This document shows, piece after piece, positions 15,542-24,249 of a stretch of DNA of 64,000 bases. Location of the stretch: NCBI GenBank assembly GCA_016200135.1, contig JACQFI010000044.1, positions 15,390 through 79,389 of the forward strand. Direction: 5' to 3'. Positions within the stretch are counted from its first letter, which is position 1; every line of letters starts with the position of its first letter. Source of the DNA: Planctomycetota bacterium. Lineage in GTDB: Bacteria > Planctomycetota > SZUA-567 > H5-PLA8. The position numbers were made by a program, and so were the translations under genes. The notes under the pieces were generated by a model. That model was not told the DNA's origin, searched no databases, and worked only from the letters and a program-made list of their open reading frames with translations.

Positions 15542-17983
15542 TTGCGGCTCTTGGGTGCGGGCATGGCTGGCGTATATCAAATCGGCGAATTCGTTCTAGA
15601 ATCGAAGCTCGGCGAGGGCGGGATGGGTGTTGTATTTCGAGCGCGTCAGGTCGCGCTGGACCGCTGGGTCGCCTTGAAACTGCTCGCCCGGCCCGCCACG
15701 GGCGGTTCGACGTTCTACGAACGCTTTCATCGCGAAGCGCGCGCCGCAGCGCAGCTCGTGCATCCCAACATCATTCAGATCTACACGATCGGCGAACACA
15801 AGGGCGCGCCGTTTTACGCCATGGAGTACGTCGAGGGCGAGGACCTCGCGCATCTGCTTCGCGATACCGGCAAGTTGACGCTCGATGAGGCCGTCGAGAT
15901 CATTCGCGCCGTTGCGAAGGCGCTGGCGCTCGCGGGGGACTCCGGGATCGTCCATCGCGACATCAAGCCCGCGAATATCATGGTCTCGATGGGCGGTCTG
16001 GTAAAGGTGATGGACTTCGGCCTCGCCAAAGCGACGGCCTCGGACCATACCTTGACGCAAGACGGCCAGATCATGGGCACGCCCACGTACCTCTCGCCCG
16101 AGCAAGGCATGAGTAAAGAAGTGGACACACGCTCCGACCTGTATTCGCTCGGTTGTGTTTTCTACGAGTGCCTGTCTGGCAACCCTCCGTTCCAAGGCGA
16201 CAACCTGCCCTCGCTGATCTTCAAGCATCTCTACGAACCGGTGAAGTCGCTGCGCGAGGTCGATTCCGCGATCCCGGAGGCCCTCGAAGGCATCTGCAAC
16301 AAGCTCCTGGCGAAGAAATCGGAGGATCGCTACCAGTCCGGACTGGAACTGCTCGAGGCCCTGGCCGCCGTGAATACCAATCAGGCCCTGGCGGAGATCT
16401 CGCTCTCCAAGCGCGTGCGCAAGGTCAAAGCGGAGCGGAAAGCGAAGATGCCTGCGCAGGCCGAAGAAGACGCCACGGCCGAGGCCAGCGCCGCCGCGGA
16501 GGCGACCACGCGGGTTCTCGACACGCCTGCCACGGAAGCGCCGGCCGTTCCTCCTCCCGATGCCATGAACCTGACGCCCAACCCGGAAGCGGCCGCGGAG
16601 CCCGCGCTGCCGAGGCCCGCTGCGGCCGATTCCAAGCGCCACATGGTCTTCGACAAAGATCTTACCCTGACCGGGGACGATTACAGCCCCGCGGATGGGT
16701 CTTCCGGCGATGCGCAGAAGCCGCCTGCGAACGAAGCCGCTCTTCGTTTGGAGGATTATCGTGTTCCGCCGCCGAACTTAAAGGTGCCGCCTCCACCCCG
16801 TCCGGGCGGCAGCAGAGCAAATCTTGCGCAAGTGCCCGCACCGCCCCCTCCGCCCCAACCCACGGAGAGTTCCTCGCGCGCAGAAGCTCAGACCGAAGAA
16901 GAAATACAGCCGAAACCTCCCTCCGGCCTGTTCATGCGCCCCACCTCGGGGATGCTCATTCGCAAGAGCGGCGTCTCGAGCTACTTCCACAAGCAGGCGG
17001 ACGGGCGCTGGGGCTACGACATTTCGCAAGGGCATTGTAAGTTCGCGGAAGGCATGGCGGTCGAGGCGCTGCCCGGCGCCGATATCAACATCGGCAAGCA
17101 CGCCGATTGTCTCCTGTGCACCAACTGGAACCGCCGCAGCGGCTGCGCCATCGCGACCATTCAATACATCGAGTCCACCAGCCGGGCCAAGGGCGTGGAC
17201 CTGCTCGAAGAGGTGGCCGCGGTCTGGTGCGTGACCGGGCGTTTCGACAAGGCCATCGGCGTCCTTGAAGAACAGATTCGCAATAACCCCGGGAATCCCG
17301 ACGGCTACCGGGCCCTCGCGCGGATCTACGAACGCCCCGACTACACCGGCAAGGACCGCAACCGCGCCATCATCCTCTATGGCCGCTTCGTCGAGTTGGC
17401 CATGAAAAAGGGCGGGTACAGCAACCTGGAGATCGAGCGCGCGCAGGGCCGCGTAGCGCAGCTTCAAGTCACAGGCAACCAGCCCAAGGAAGCCCACAAA
17501 CCCGGAGCCTTCTCCGGCACCATGATTCATACGTTCCCATGCTTCTACCGTTCCAACGGGACCGTCTTCTTCGGACTGGGCGGCGTCAACCGCGATACCG
17601 TGGTGGTGGCGCGCGCAGGCGAGGTGGATCCCGATACCGGCGTGAGCGCCTCCGAGATGGGCAACCCGTTCATGCGCGCGACCACTCTGATCCGGCGCAT
17701 CAAGAGCGAGAAGGCCAAGGCCGAAGAACGCGAAGCCGTAAAGAAAGAGATCGACCGCATCTCCAAGACTTCGGTGGATCTGCTGCTCCATGAGACCGGC
17801 AAAGTCCACCTCATTCCGCTTAAGGATATCCAGGCGTTCGACTACTCGCGGGACGACGCCACCGAACAGCGCACCGTCAAACTGCGCGCGGGCGGCCATC
17901 TGCACGAACTGATCTTTTCTTCCGCCGCCGATCATGACGCCGACAAATGCGCGCTCATGATCCGCAGGCTCACGGGCAAGTGA
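15542..17983 (+). CDS. Hanks-type Ser/Thr protein kinase with Pro-rich linker and C-terminal unknown-function domain
   Basis: Kinase subdomains GEGGMGVV...ALK, HRDIKPANIM, DFGLA and GTPTYLSPE. The middle is Pro/Ala-rich disorder, and the C-terminal ~340 aa are homologous to the upstream ORF. The start may be TTG 15542 or ATG 15563. Confidence 0.9.
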   Translation: MRLLGAGMAGVYQIGEFVLESKLGEGGMGVVFRARQVALDRWVALKLLARPATGGSTFYERFHREARAAAQLVHPNIIQIYTIGEHKGAPFYAMEYVEGEDLAHLLRDTGKLTLDEAVEIIRAVAKALALAGDSGIVHRDIKPANIMVSMGGLVKVMDFGLAKATASDHTLTQDGQIMGTPTYLSPEQGMSKEVDTRSDLYSLGCVFYECLSGNPPFQGDNLPSLIFKHLYEPVKSLREVDSAIPEALEGICNKLLAKKSEDRYQSGLELLEALAAVNTNQALAEISLSKRVRKVKAERKAKMPAQAEEDATAEASAAAEATTRVLDTPATEAPAVPPPDAMNLTPNPEAAAEPALPRPAAADSKRHMVFDKDLTLTGDDYSPADGSSGDAQKPPANEAALRLEDYRVPPPNLKVPPPPRPGGSRANLAQVPAPPPPPQPTESSSRAEAQTEEEIQPKPPSGLFMRPTSGMLIRKSGVSSYFHKQADGRWGYDISQGHCKFAEGMAVEALPGADINIGKHADCLLCTNWNRRSGCAIATIQYIESTSRAKGVDLLEEVAAVWCVTGRFDKAIGVLEEQIRNNPGNPDGYRALARIYERPDYTGKDRNRAIILYGRFVELAMKKGGYSNLEIERAQGRVAQLQVTGNQPKEAHKPGAFSGTMIHTFPCFYRSNGTVFFGLGGVNRDTVVVARAGEVDPDTGVSASEMGNPFMRATTLIRRIKSEKAKAEEREAVKKEIDRISKTSVDLLLHETGKVHLIPLKDIQAFDYSRDDATEQRTVKLRAGGHLHELIFSSAADHDADKCALMIRRLTGK

Positions 17984-18014
17984 TCGCCGGCGCCGAGCTT
18001 CCGGGAGCCTTCCA

Positions 18015-18812
18015 ATGCCCTTGTCGATTGAGGCGCGCCGCGATTTTATCGAAGGCGTCGTCCCGCTCTCGTTCTGGCTGGCCCGCAAGCTGAAGCGCGA
18101 AGGCATGCCGCTCTTCGAGGCCCTGACCGTTCGCACGAATCTCTATCGCATGACCGTCCTTTTCGACGGCATGAACCATCCGGCCTCGGGCTTTCAAGAC
18201 GCGCGCTGGAATGCGCTCGTCGCCGCGCTTCAGGCGCTCTTCGACCGGCATAAGGACGATGCCGACTCAGGCGCGCTGGAACGCGCGGCTTTGGAGCACA
18301 TGCGTCCATTCATAGAACCGCGCATCGAAGACGACGCGCGCGCCTGGCCAAAGCCGGAAGAGCGGCCATTCGGGTTCTTCACCTACGAGCTCGCACGGCT
18401 GAAGGACGGGCGTTCGCGGATCGACCTGCATCTCGCAAATCCCTTCGTGCCCGAGTCGCCGTTCGCCGCTCCCGCGGCCCGAGCGGCGGAATTGCTCCGG
18501 TTGCTCGCGGACGCGAAAGCCCGGCAGCCCGAGGCCGATTCGGTTCACTGCGGGAGCTGGCTGAATGCGCTCAAGCCGTTCCAGGAGCTCTTTCCGCCCG
18601 AGTGGGCCGCGAGCATGACCGCGCCATCCGAATTGCGCTATCACTACGGCTGGTGGGGGCAGTTCATCGACCGGACCGGCGGATTCAACCGCCGCAACGG
18701 AGAAAAGTTGCGGACCACGGGCCAATTCCCTTTTCCGTGCGTGGGCTGCCAGTGCTCTGCGGCCTCGCTGCGAACGCATCTGCTAACGCGCTTTGGCGCA
18801 GGCAATTCCTGA
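18015..18812 (+). CDS. Hypothetical protein, possibly co-transcribed with the kinase
   Basis: The ATG is preceded by GGGAG and lies 32 bp after the kinase stop. Composition is consistent with local coding. It has a Cys cluster CVGCQC near the C-terminus. I recognise no family. Confidence 0.5.
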   Translation: MPLSIEARRDFIEGVVPLSFWLARKLKREGMPLFEALTVRTNLYRMTVLFDGMNHPASGFQDARWNALVAALQALFDRHKDDADSGALERAALEHMRPFIEPRIEDDARAWPKPEERPFGFFTYELARLKDGRSRIDLHLANPFVPESPFAAPAARAAELLRLLADAKARQPEADSVHCGSWLNALKPFQELFPPEWAASMTAPSELRYHYGWWGQFIDRTGGFNRRNGEKLRTTGQFPFPCVGCQCSAASLRTHLLTRFGAGNS

Positions 18813-18821
18813 ACCTTCGCG

Positions 18822-20927
18822 CTACTTCGGTCCAATGCAGTACAACGTGGACTCCGCGTGGAGATACATCCGGTCGCCTTCAAAGATCGGCGCGGACATG
18901 ATGACGTCCTGATGCGCGGGCCAGAAGTTCGTGAAACATTCCAGGCGCAGCTTCGCGACCTGCTTGTAGGTCCGGCCCGGTTCCAGCACGAGGCACGTTC
19001 CCTGATTGCCCCAGATGTACATGTACTTTCCCGCCAGCGCCGGGCTGGCCGAGGCGCCGCCTTTCAGCAGGCCGGCCTGGTTGTAGGGCATGAAAATCTC
19101 GAGATCGAGCAGGCGCTGGTAGAGCACTTCACCCTTCACCATGTCCACGACAGTCAGCAGGCCGAAATCGTCGAGCGTATACAAAAGGCCGTCGTGAACC
19201 AGCGGCGAGGCCATCGTGGCGGGATCGTAGTAGTAGGGATGGTTGTCCAGGTTGAACGGGACGTCGCGGATGATTTCCGGATCGATCTTGTCGCCTTGCG
19301 GCGCGGCGAGTTTGAAGGCCACGGCGCCTCCAAACGAGTTGGAACTGAGCGGCCCAACCGACCCCAGCTTATAGGCCACTCCGTTTTCAAGCACCGGCGT
19401 CGCGCAGCGGTTCAAGGGGCCCAGCATGGAAAACTTCTTCTCGTCGTAGGTCAGCGTCTTGCCGTCGGAGAGGCGCACGAATTCGCCGTTCGGGTAATAC
19501 AGCACTCTCTCGTTGCCCGCCTGCAGGACCACTCCCGTGCCGTGCATGTGCGTGTACCAGGTATACGGTTTGCCGGACGGCAGGTAGTGCGGACGCTCGA
19601 GGATGACCTCGCCGTTCTTCGCATTGAGGACCGTGAAATTGTTGAAGTAGACCACCAACTTGCCATCCACCAAGACCGGCGAAGTCGTGTAGCCGTGTTC
19701 CACGGGATCGTGGTTCAGCAAGCGCTTCCACTGGAGGTTTCCGTCGCGGTCGTAGCACGCGACGATGCCGGTGCCGAAGAGCGCGTAGACGAATCTGCCG
19801 TCCGTCACCGGATTGCAGGCCGTGTAGCCGGCTTCGCAATAGCTCGCCATGCTGTTGTATTTCTTGGGGGCGATCTTGGATATTTTCTGAATCATCTGCG
19901 TCTCTATGCACGCCCGCGTGTCCGGCCAGTTCGGAATCTTGAACGGCGTGACCAGTTCGACCTTGTCGATCTCCTTCAGCTTCGCCGCCAGCGGGTCCAG
20001 TTCTTTAAAGGCGTCCGCGTTCGCCTTGCGTTCTTCATCGGTCACGAAGTCGTAGCACGTAAGCCCGTGCATCCACAGCAATTTGCCGTCAGCCTTGTTA
20101 GCGCAGACCACGACCCCGGTCTCCGCCGTGAAGAAGAGCCGGTCGCCCATCATGACCGGAGCGCTGGCGCCCGGCGAAGGCAGGGGCGTCGTCCAGACGA
20201 TGCCGCGCATCTCGTAGTCGTTCGTCTTCTCGCCGTAGAGACTGCCGTTCGTCCACCAGGTCTTGCGATAGTTATTGACGGTCTTGGTATTCAGAATCAT
20301 CAGGTGGTTCCAGCCCTTCAGCAGGTTCAGCACCAACCGGCCGCCCTGCGGGATATCGATATTCTTCGGACTGGAAAAGAGCGCCGCTCCGTTGAGCCAC
20401 GCGCGGTTGGTGCCCTGCCCCTGGAACATCAACTGGTACGCGACAGGCCCGCCGGACGGAGAATAGATGTAGGTGTGCGCGTACGCGGCCATGCCTTTCT
20501 TTTCTGGCGGCACGTTGAAAATGGCGCAGAGGTCTATGCAACTGGTTTCGAGGGTGACGGACTTCCACGCCAATTCGCCGGCTTTCTCATTCTCGTCGGG
20601 CGAGAGCGTCTCCGCGCTGGGCAGCAGGTCGTCGGCGCTCGCCCCTTCCGCGATCATGAAGGGTCCCAGCACCAGCCACTGGCGGATCACGCCGTCCGGG
20701 ATCGCGGCCTCCTTGGCCGGAAGCGCGCCGTCCTTCGGCTTGCGCGCCTGCGCGGAGAGTTCTTTTACGCTCTTGGCCACGCGCCCCCAGTCGAGCGGCG
20801 GATTCGCGGTGGGATACTTACCGGTACCGTCGCCGCGCCAGCCGTTGGGCCCGGTCTCGGCCGCGAAGGCCGAGCCGCACAGAGCCAGGAGCAGCAAAAC
20901 GAAGCGCGTGTTGTTGAAAGAGCTCAT
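18822..20927 (-). CDS. Secreted PQQ-like beta-propeller repeat protein
   Basis: Signal peptide MSSFNNTRFVLLLLALCGSAFA. It has repeated motifs of the PQQ/BamB-type propeller blades (DGKLLWMHG..., YALFGTGIVACYDRDGNLQWK). The antisense ORF 18858..20972 is rejected. Confidence 0.7.
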   Translation of the reverse strand: MSSFNNTRFVLLLLALCGSAFAAETGPNGWRGDGTGKYPTANPPLDWGRVAKSVKELSAQARKPKDGALPAKEAAIPDGVIRQWLVLGPFMIAEGASADDLLPSAETLSPDENEKAGELAWKSVTLETSCIDLCAIFNVPPEKKGMAAYAHTYIYSPSGGPVAYQLMFQGQGTNRAWLNGAALFSSPKNIDIPQGGRLVLNLLKGWNHLMILNTKTVNNYRKTWWTNGSLYGEKTNDYEMRGIVWTTPLPSPGASAPVMMGDRLFFTAETGVVVCANKADGKLLWMHGLTCYDFVTDEERKANADAFKELDPLAAKLKEIDKVELVTPFKIPNWPDTRACIETQMIQKISKIAPKKYNSMASYCEAGYTACNPVTDGRFVYALFGTGIVACYDRDGNLQWKRLLNHDPVEHGYTTSPVLVDGKLVVYFNNFTVLNAKNGEVILERPHYLPSGKPYTWYTHMHGTGVVLQAGNERVLYYPNGEFVRLSDGKTLTYDEKKFSMLGPLNRCATPVLENGVAYKLGSVGPLSSNSFGGAVAFKLAAPQGDKIDPEIIRDVPFNLDNHPYYYDPATMASPLVHDGLLYTLDDFGLLTVVDMVKGEVLYQRLLDLEIFMPYNQAGLLKGGASASPALAGKYMYIWGNQGTCLVLEPGRTYKQVAKLRLECFTNFWPAHQDVIMSAPIFEGDRMYLHAESTLYCIGPK

Positions 20928-20957
20928 GCCGGGTTCCTTTTCATGCGTTCAATTCGA

Positions 20958-22097
20958 CTAAACCGCTTTTGACCTTTCCGTCTTAACCGCCGGTGCGCCC
21001 GTGGACGCGCGCACGATCCATTCCGGCTCGTAGACGATCCGCTGCGTGGGCGCTTCCGGTTCCTGGATGCGGAGCAGCAGTGTCTCGATCGCAGAACGGC
21101 CCATTTGTTCCATGGGAATCCGCGCCGTGGAGAGCGCGGGCACGCAGAAGAGCCCGATGTCGCCAAAGCCGGCGATGCTCACGTCGCCCGGCACCGCCAG
21201 ACCAAGGTCCCGGGCCGCCGCGATGGCGCCGATGGCGAACTCGTCGATCGTGCAGAAGATGGCCGTGCAGCGCTTCTCGCGCCCCAGCAAGGCCAGCGTG
21301 GCGTTGTACGCCGCCTGGCTGGTCGGATGCGTCTGGACCACCAGCTTCGGGTCCGGCTTGATGCTCGCCTCTTCCAGCGCCCGCCGGTAGCCGTTGTACC
21401 TCTGCTGAAAAAAGTAGGCGCTCTTCACAATCAGGATGATACCGATGCGCTCGTGCCCGAGCTGCACCAGCTCGTTGACGGCCGCGTACGCCGCGTTTTC
21501 GTCGCAGTGATTGACCTCGTCGAACGCGGGGCCCGTTTTGGGCGGCGCGGTGTCGAGCAGGACGGTGGGAATCTGCTGGGCGCGGAGGGCTTTCAGCACG
21601 GGTTCGCTCACGCCGCCCATCGCGACGACGCCGGCCAAGTCTTGCGCTTTGAGCGCCGCCGCGAATTCCGCGTGGGGTTCTGTGATCTTCTTGATCGAGA
21701 GGTAGGCGTTGTTTGCGTCCGCGACCTGGTGCATGCCCTGCAGGATGCGGTGATAGAAAGCCGTCTCGCGCAGGCTCGCACTGTCGGAGTGGCAGACCAC
21801 GCCAATGCAGGTGTGTGTCGCTTTCTTCACCTTCGCTTCGCGGGGCGCGACAAAGGTCCCCCGGCCGCGGATGCGTTGCAGGCAGCCTTCATCGGTCAGT
21901 TCGATCAGCGCGCGGCGCACGGTCATGTCGCTCACGCCCAGCGTCTTCGCCAGGTTTTCTTTGCTGGGGATGAGCGCGTTTTCGCGCCAAGTTCCCTTCT
22001 CGATCTGCTGGCGCAGCAAGTCCTTAACGCGGTCGTATAGGGGGCGGATGTCGTTCGGCGGCAGGCGCATACTCAAAGGTACACCAAAGGTATTCAA
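20958..22097 (-). CDS. Transcriptional regulator: GntR-type wHTH fused to LacI/PBP1-type sugar-binding domain (AraR-like)
   Basis: N-terminus LPSKENLAKTLGVSDMTVRRALIELTDEGCLQRIRGRGTFV matches the GntR HTH. The C-terminal ~280 aa are a periplasmic-binding-protein type I fold as in LacI/GalR effector domains. Confidence 0.75.
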   Translation of the reverse strand: MNTFGVPLSMRLPPNDIRPLYDRVKDLLRQQIEKGTWRENALIPSKENLAKTLGVSDMTVRRALIELTDEGCLQRIRGRGTFVAPREAKVKKATHTCIGVVCHSDSASLRETAFYHRILQGMHQVADANNAYLSIKKITEPHAEFAAALKAQDLAGVVAMGGVSEPVLKALRAQQIPTVLLDTAPPKTGPAFDEVNHCDENAAYAAVNELVQLGHERIGIILIVKSAYFFQQRYNGYRRALEEASIKPDPKLVVQTHPTSQAAYNATLALLGREKRCTAIFCTIDEFAIGAIAAARDLGLAVPGDVSIAGFGDIGLFCVPALSTARIPMEQMGRSAIETLLLRIQEPEAPTQRIVYEPEWIVRASTGAPAVKTERSKAV

Positions 22098-22159
22098 AGT
22101 GTACTACAAAACAGAGTAAATAATACCCAGGGCCGCGGGCATTTGTGCTTCGAATAAAG

Positions 22160-23422
22160 TTATGGAAGGTAGGGAATGGTCATCGGGCCTTCGGGCAGCA
22201 CGGCCACGGGCGCGTCGCGGCCGATGCGCTTGAGTTCCTCGTCCAGCCGCGCGCCGAGGTCGCGCACGGGTTCGAGGTGCGCGCGGCGGATCTCGTCGTC
22301 CGGAATTTTGCTATAGAACCCCACGCGCGCCTTCAAGCGGATGATCGCGAGCAACTGCGCCTCCCACTGGTCGTAGACGCTGAAGCCCGGCGAGTGGATC
22401 TTGTCCAGCAGCGCCTGCGGCGAAGCATGGTCGAAGAGCAGCGTGCGGAAGTTGCCGTGCGCGGGAAACCCGTCGCGGCATTCCGAGGCCTCGAGGATGT
22501 ACCCGCCTTCGGTCACGATCTTGGCCGCCGCCGACATGCCCTTTACGGCTTGGTAGAGATTTTGGTCGAGCGGGTAGCCGCTATTGGTGGTGACGACGAG
22601 CGGGAAGGGCTTCTCGCACTTCACCATCACGGTGGCCTTCGAAAACGCGCAGCCCTGCTGATGCGCCTGCATGACATCGCCGCAGAAGAACTTCGTGATC
22701 TGGCGCTTCTTGTTCTGCGTCACGTTGATCAGGAAATCGACAGGCAGCGCCGAACCGAGTTGGCACACGATGGCCTGCGTGGGATTGCCTTCGAGCACGC
22801 CCCACGTGCTGAGCGGGTTGCCGATCACGGTCGCGCCGTGGTAACGCATGATCGAGGAAATGTCCGCCACCGCGGGAAAGACGCCTTTGAACCCGCCGCT
22901 GAAACCCGCCATGAAGTGCGGCTCGATAAAGCCCATTACGATTCGCTTGTCGGCCTCGACGTACGCGCGGTTCAGCATCAACGCCTGGCCGTCGGACCAC
23001 GCCCCGGCGCGCAAAAGCGTCTGCGGGTCGTGGCTGTTGTGGTTCACAATCCGGTACTTGGCCGCGATATCCGCGCCGACCATCTCGTTGAGTTCGTCCG
23101 GCGTATTAACGCGGTGCGACCCCGTCCCGTTGATGATAACGAACCGGTCCGCGGGCACGTGGTCCAGCTCCGCGAAGAGCCAGCGCAGAATGCGGCCGGT
23201 GGGCAGCGGGCGCGTGATGTCGGGGATCACCACCGCGACACGGTCGCCGGACTTGATGAGTTCTTTAAGTGGTTTCGTCCCGAGCGGCGCGCGCACGGCT
23301 TCTTTGAAGCCCGCGCCTTCGTCGGGCAGGCCGTCGAGATACTTCGGCGCGAGCACGGTCACGTTCGTGCCGGGAACTTCGGCCTCGATGCCGTCGTTGC
23401 CGTATTGGAGATGAACTTTCAT
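22160..23422 (-). CDS. LarA-family (nickel-pincer nucleotide-dependent) racemase/epimerase homolog
   Basis: ~420 aa with the LarA N-terminal domain (DUF2088) pattern ...RVAVVIPDITRPLP...FIEPHFMAGFSGG... and conserved His/Lys positions. Substrate is unknown. Confidence 0.75.
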   Translation of the reverse strand: MKVHLQYGNDGIEAEVPGTNVTVLAPKYLDGLPDEGAGFKEAVRAPLGTKPLKELIKSGDRVAVVIPDITRPLPTGRILRWLFAELDHVPADRFVIINGTGSHRVNTPDELNEMVGADIAAKYRIVNHNSHDPQTLLRAGAWSDGQALMLNRAYVEADKRIVMGFIEPHFMAGFSGGFKGVFPAVADISSIMRYHGATVIGNPLSTWGVLEGNPTQAIVCQLGSALPVDFLINVTQNKKRQITKFFCGDVMQAHQQGCAFSKATVMVKCEKPFPLVVTTNSGYPLDQNLYQAVKGMSAAAKIVTEGGYILEASECRDGFPAHGNFRTLLFDHASPQALLDKIHSPGFSVYDQWEAQLLAIIRLKARVGFYSKIPDDEIRRAHLEPVRDLGARLDEELKRIGRDAPVAVLPEGPMTIPYLP

Positions 23423-23473
23423 GCGCGCGGTTGTAGCCGAAGGCGCGGAGGAATCAAAGCACGCGCGCGAGCG

Positions 23474-23950
23474 CTACGCCTGCGGTTCATCGGTGCGCAG
23501 CGTATTGAGCTTCTCGCGCAGCTCCGAGACCTTTTGGCGCAGGTCCTTCACGCGGTTGATCTCTTCCTCCACCTCGCGGTCGCCGGCGCGCACGCTGGCC
23601 GTGGGGGAATCGTCCCACAGCTCCACAATCCGCTTGCCGAGCGCCGCGTAGGCGCTGTTCAGCGCGAGCTTCTCGCGTTCCAGATCGGCCTTGGTGATGC
23701 CCATCTTGCCGTACTTCTCGACCTTAGCGACGCCGATCTTGCCTAGGCGCTTGGCCTCGGAGCCGATGTCCAGCAGCGCGTCGCCGAGTTGGTCGAGGAG
23801 CCGCGTCTTGGACTCGGGCTGCCCGCCCGAGACCGATGCACCGCCGGAACTCGCGGCGCCCGATTGCGGATCTGCGGACGGAGCTTCCGGCTCGGCGGCC
23901 GGTTTGCGTTCGCTCTTGGACTTGCGGCTGCTCTTCGGGGACTTCGCCAT
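23474..23950 (-). CDS. Hypothetical protein with disordered basic N-terminus and coiled-coil C-terminus
   Basis: ORF with coding-like composition. Segments are heptad-like (LEREKLALNSAYAALGKRIVEL..., EEINRVKDLRQKVSELREKLNTL). Confidence 0.5.
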   Translation of the reverse strand: MAKSPKSSRKSKSERKPAAEPEAPSADPQSGAASSGGASVSGGQPESKTRLLDQLGDALLDIGSEAKRLGKIGVAKVEKYGKMGITKADLEREKLALNSAYAALGKRIVELWDDSPTASVRAGDREVEEEINRVKDLRQKVSELREKLNTLRTDEPQA

Positions 23951-24249
23951 GACGCGAGCGCTCCTAACTTGAGGTACAGGCGCTAAAAGGGGCAGTCAGT
24001 GAAGCAAGGAATGGAAACAGCTTAACAAAATCGCCGACCGAGGCAAGGAGCCCGCGCCGGCCACCTTGCGTAGTGGCCCTATTACGCTCCGCGCACCGGC
24101 TCTTTCACGATAAATTTCGCACCTTGGCGCAGTGCCTCAAGGACGGCATTTCACATCGGCTTCAATTCAGCCGTGCTTTGTGCCTTGACCTCTTTGCGCG
24201 AGCCCGATTACGCACGCGAAATCCCGGAGAGCCGCGGTAAACTTCGCGC

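Noticed and set aside
15596-18136. Long minus-strand ORFs (15596..16642, 16778..18136) across the kinase gene
   Set aside because: Antisense artefacts of high GC. The plus strand encodes unmistakable kinase subdomains.
18858-20972. 704-aa plus-strand ORF opposite the PQQ-propeller gene
   Set aside because: Arg/His/Val-rich with no signal or motifs. The minus-strand product has a signal peptide and propeller repeats.
24021-24035. Possible tnaC-like leader peptide upstream of the tryptophanase gene
   Set aside because: Only a 4-codon ORF (M-E-T-A). It has no Trp codon and no Rho-utilisation features. Not convincing.
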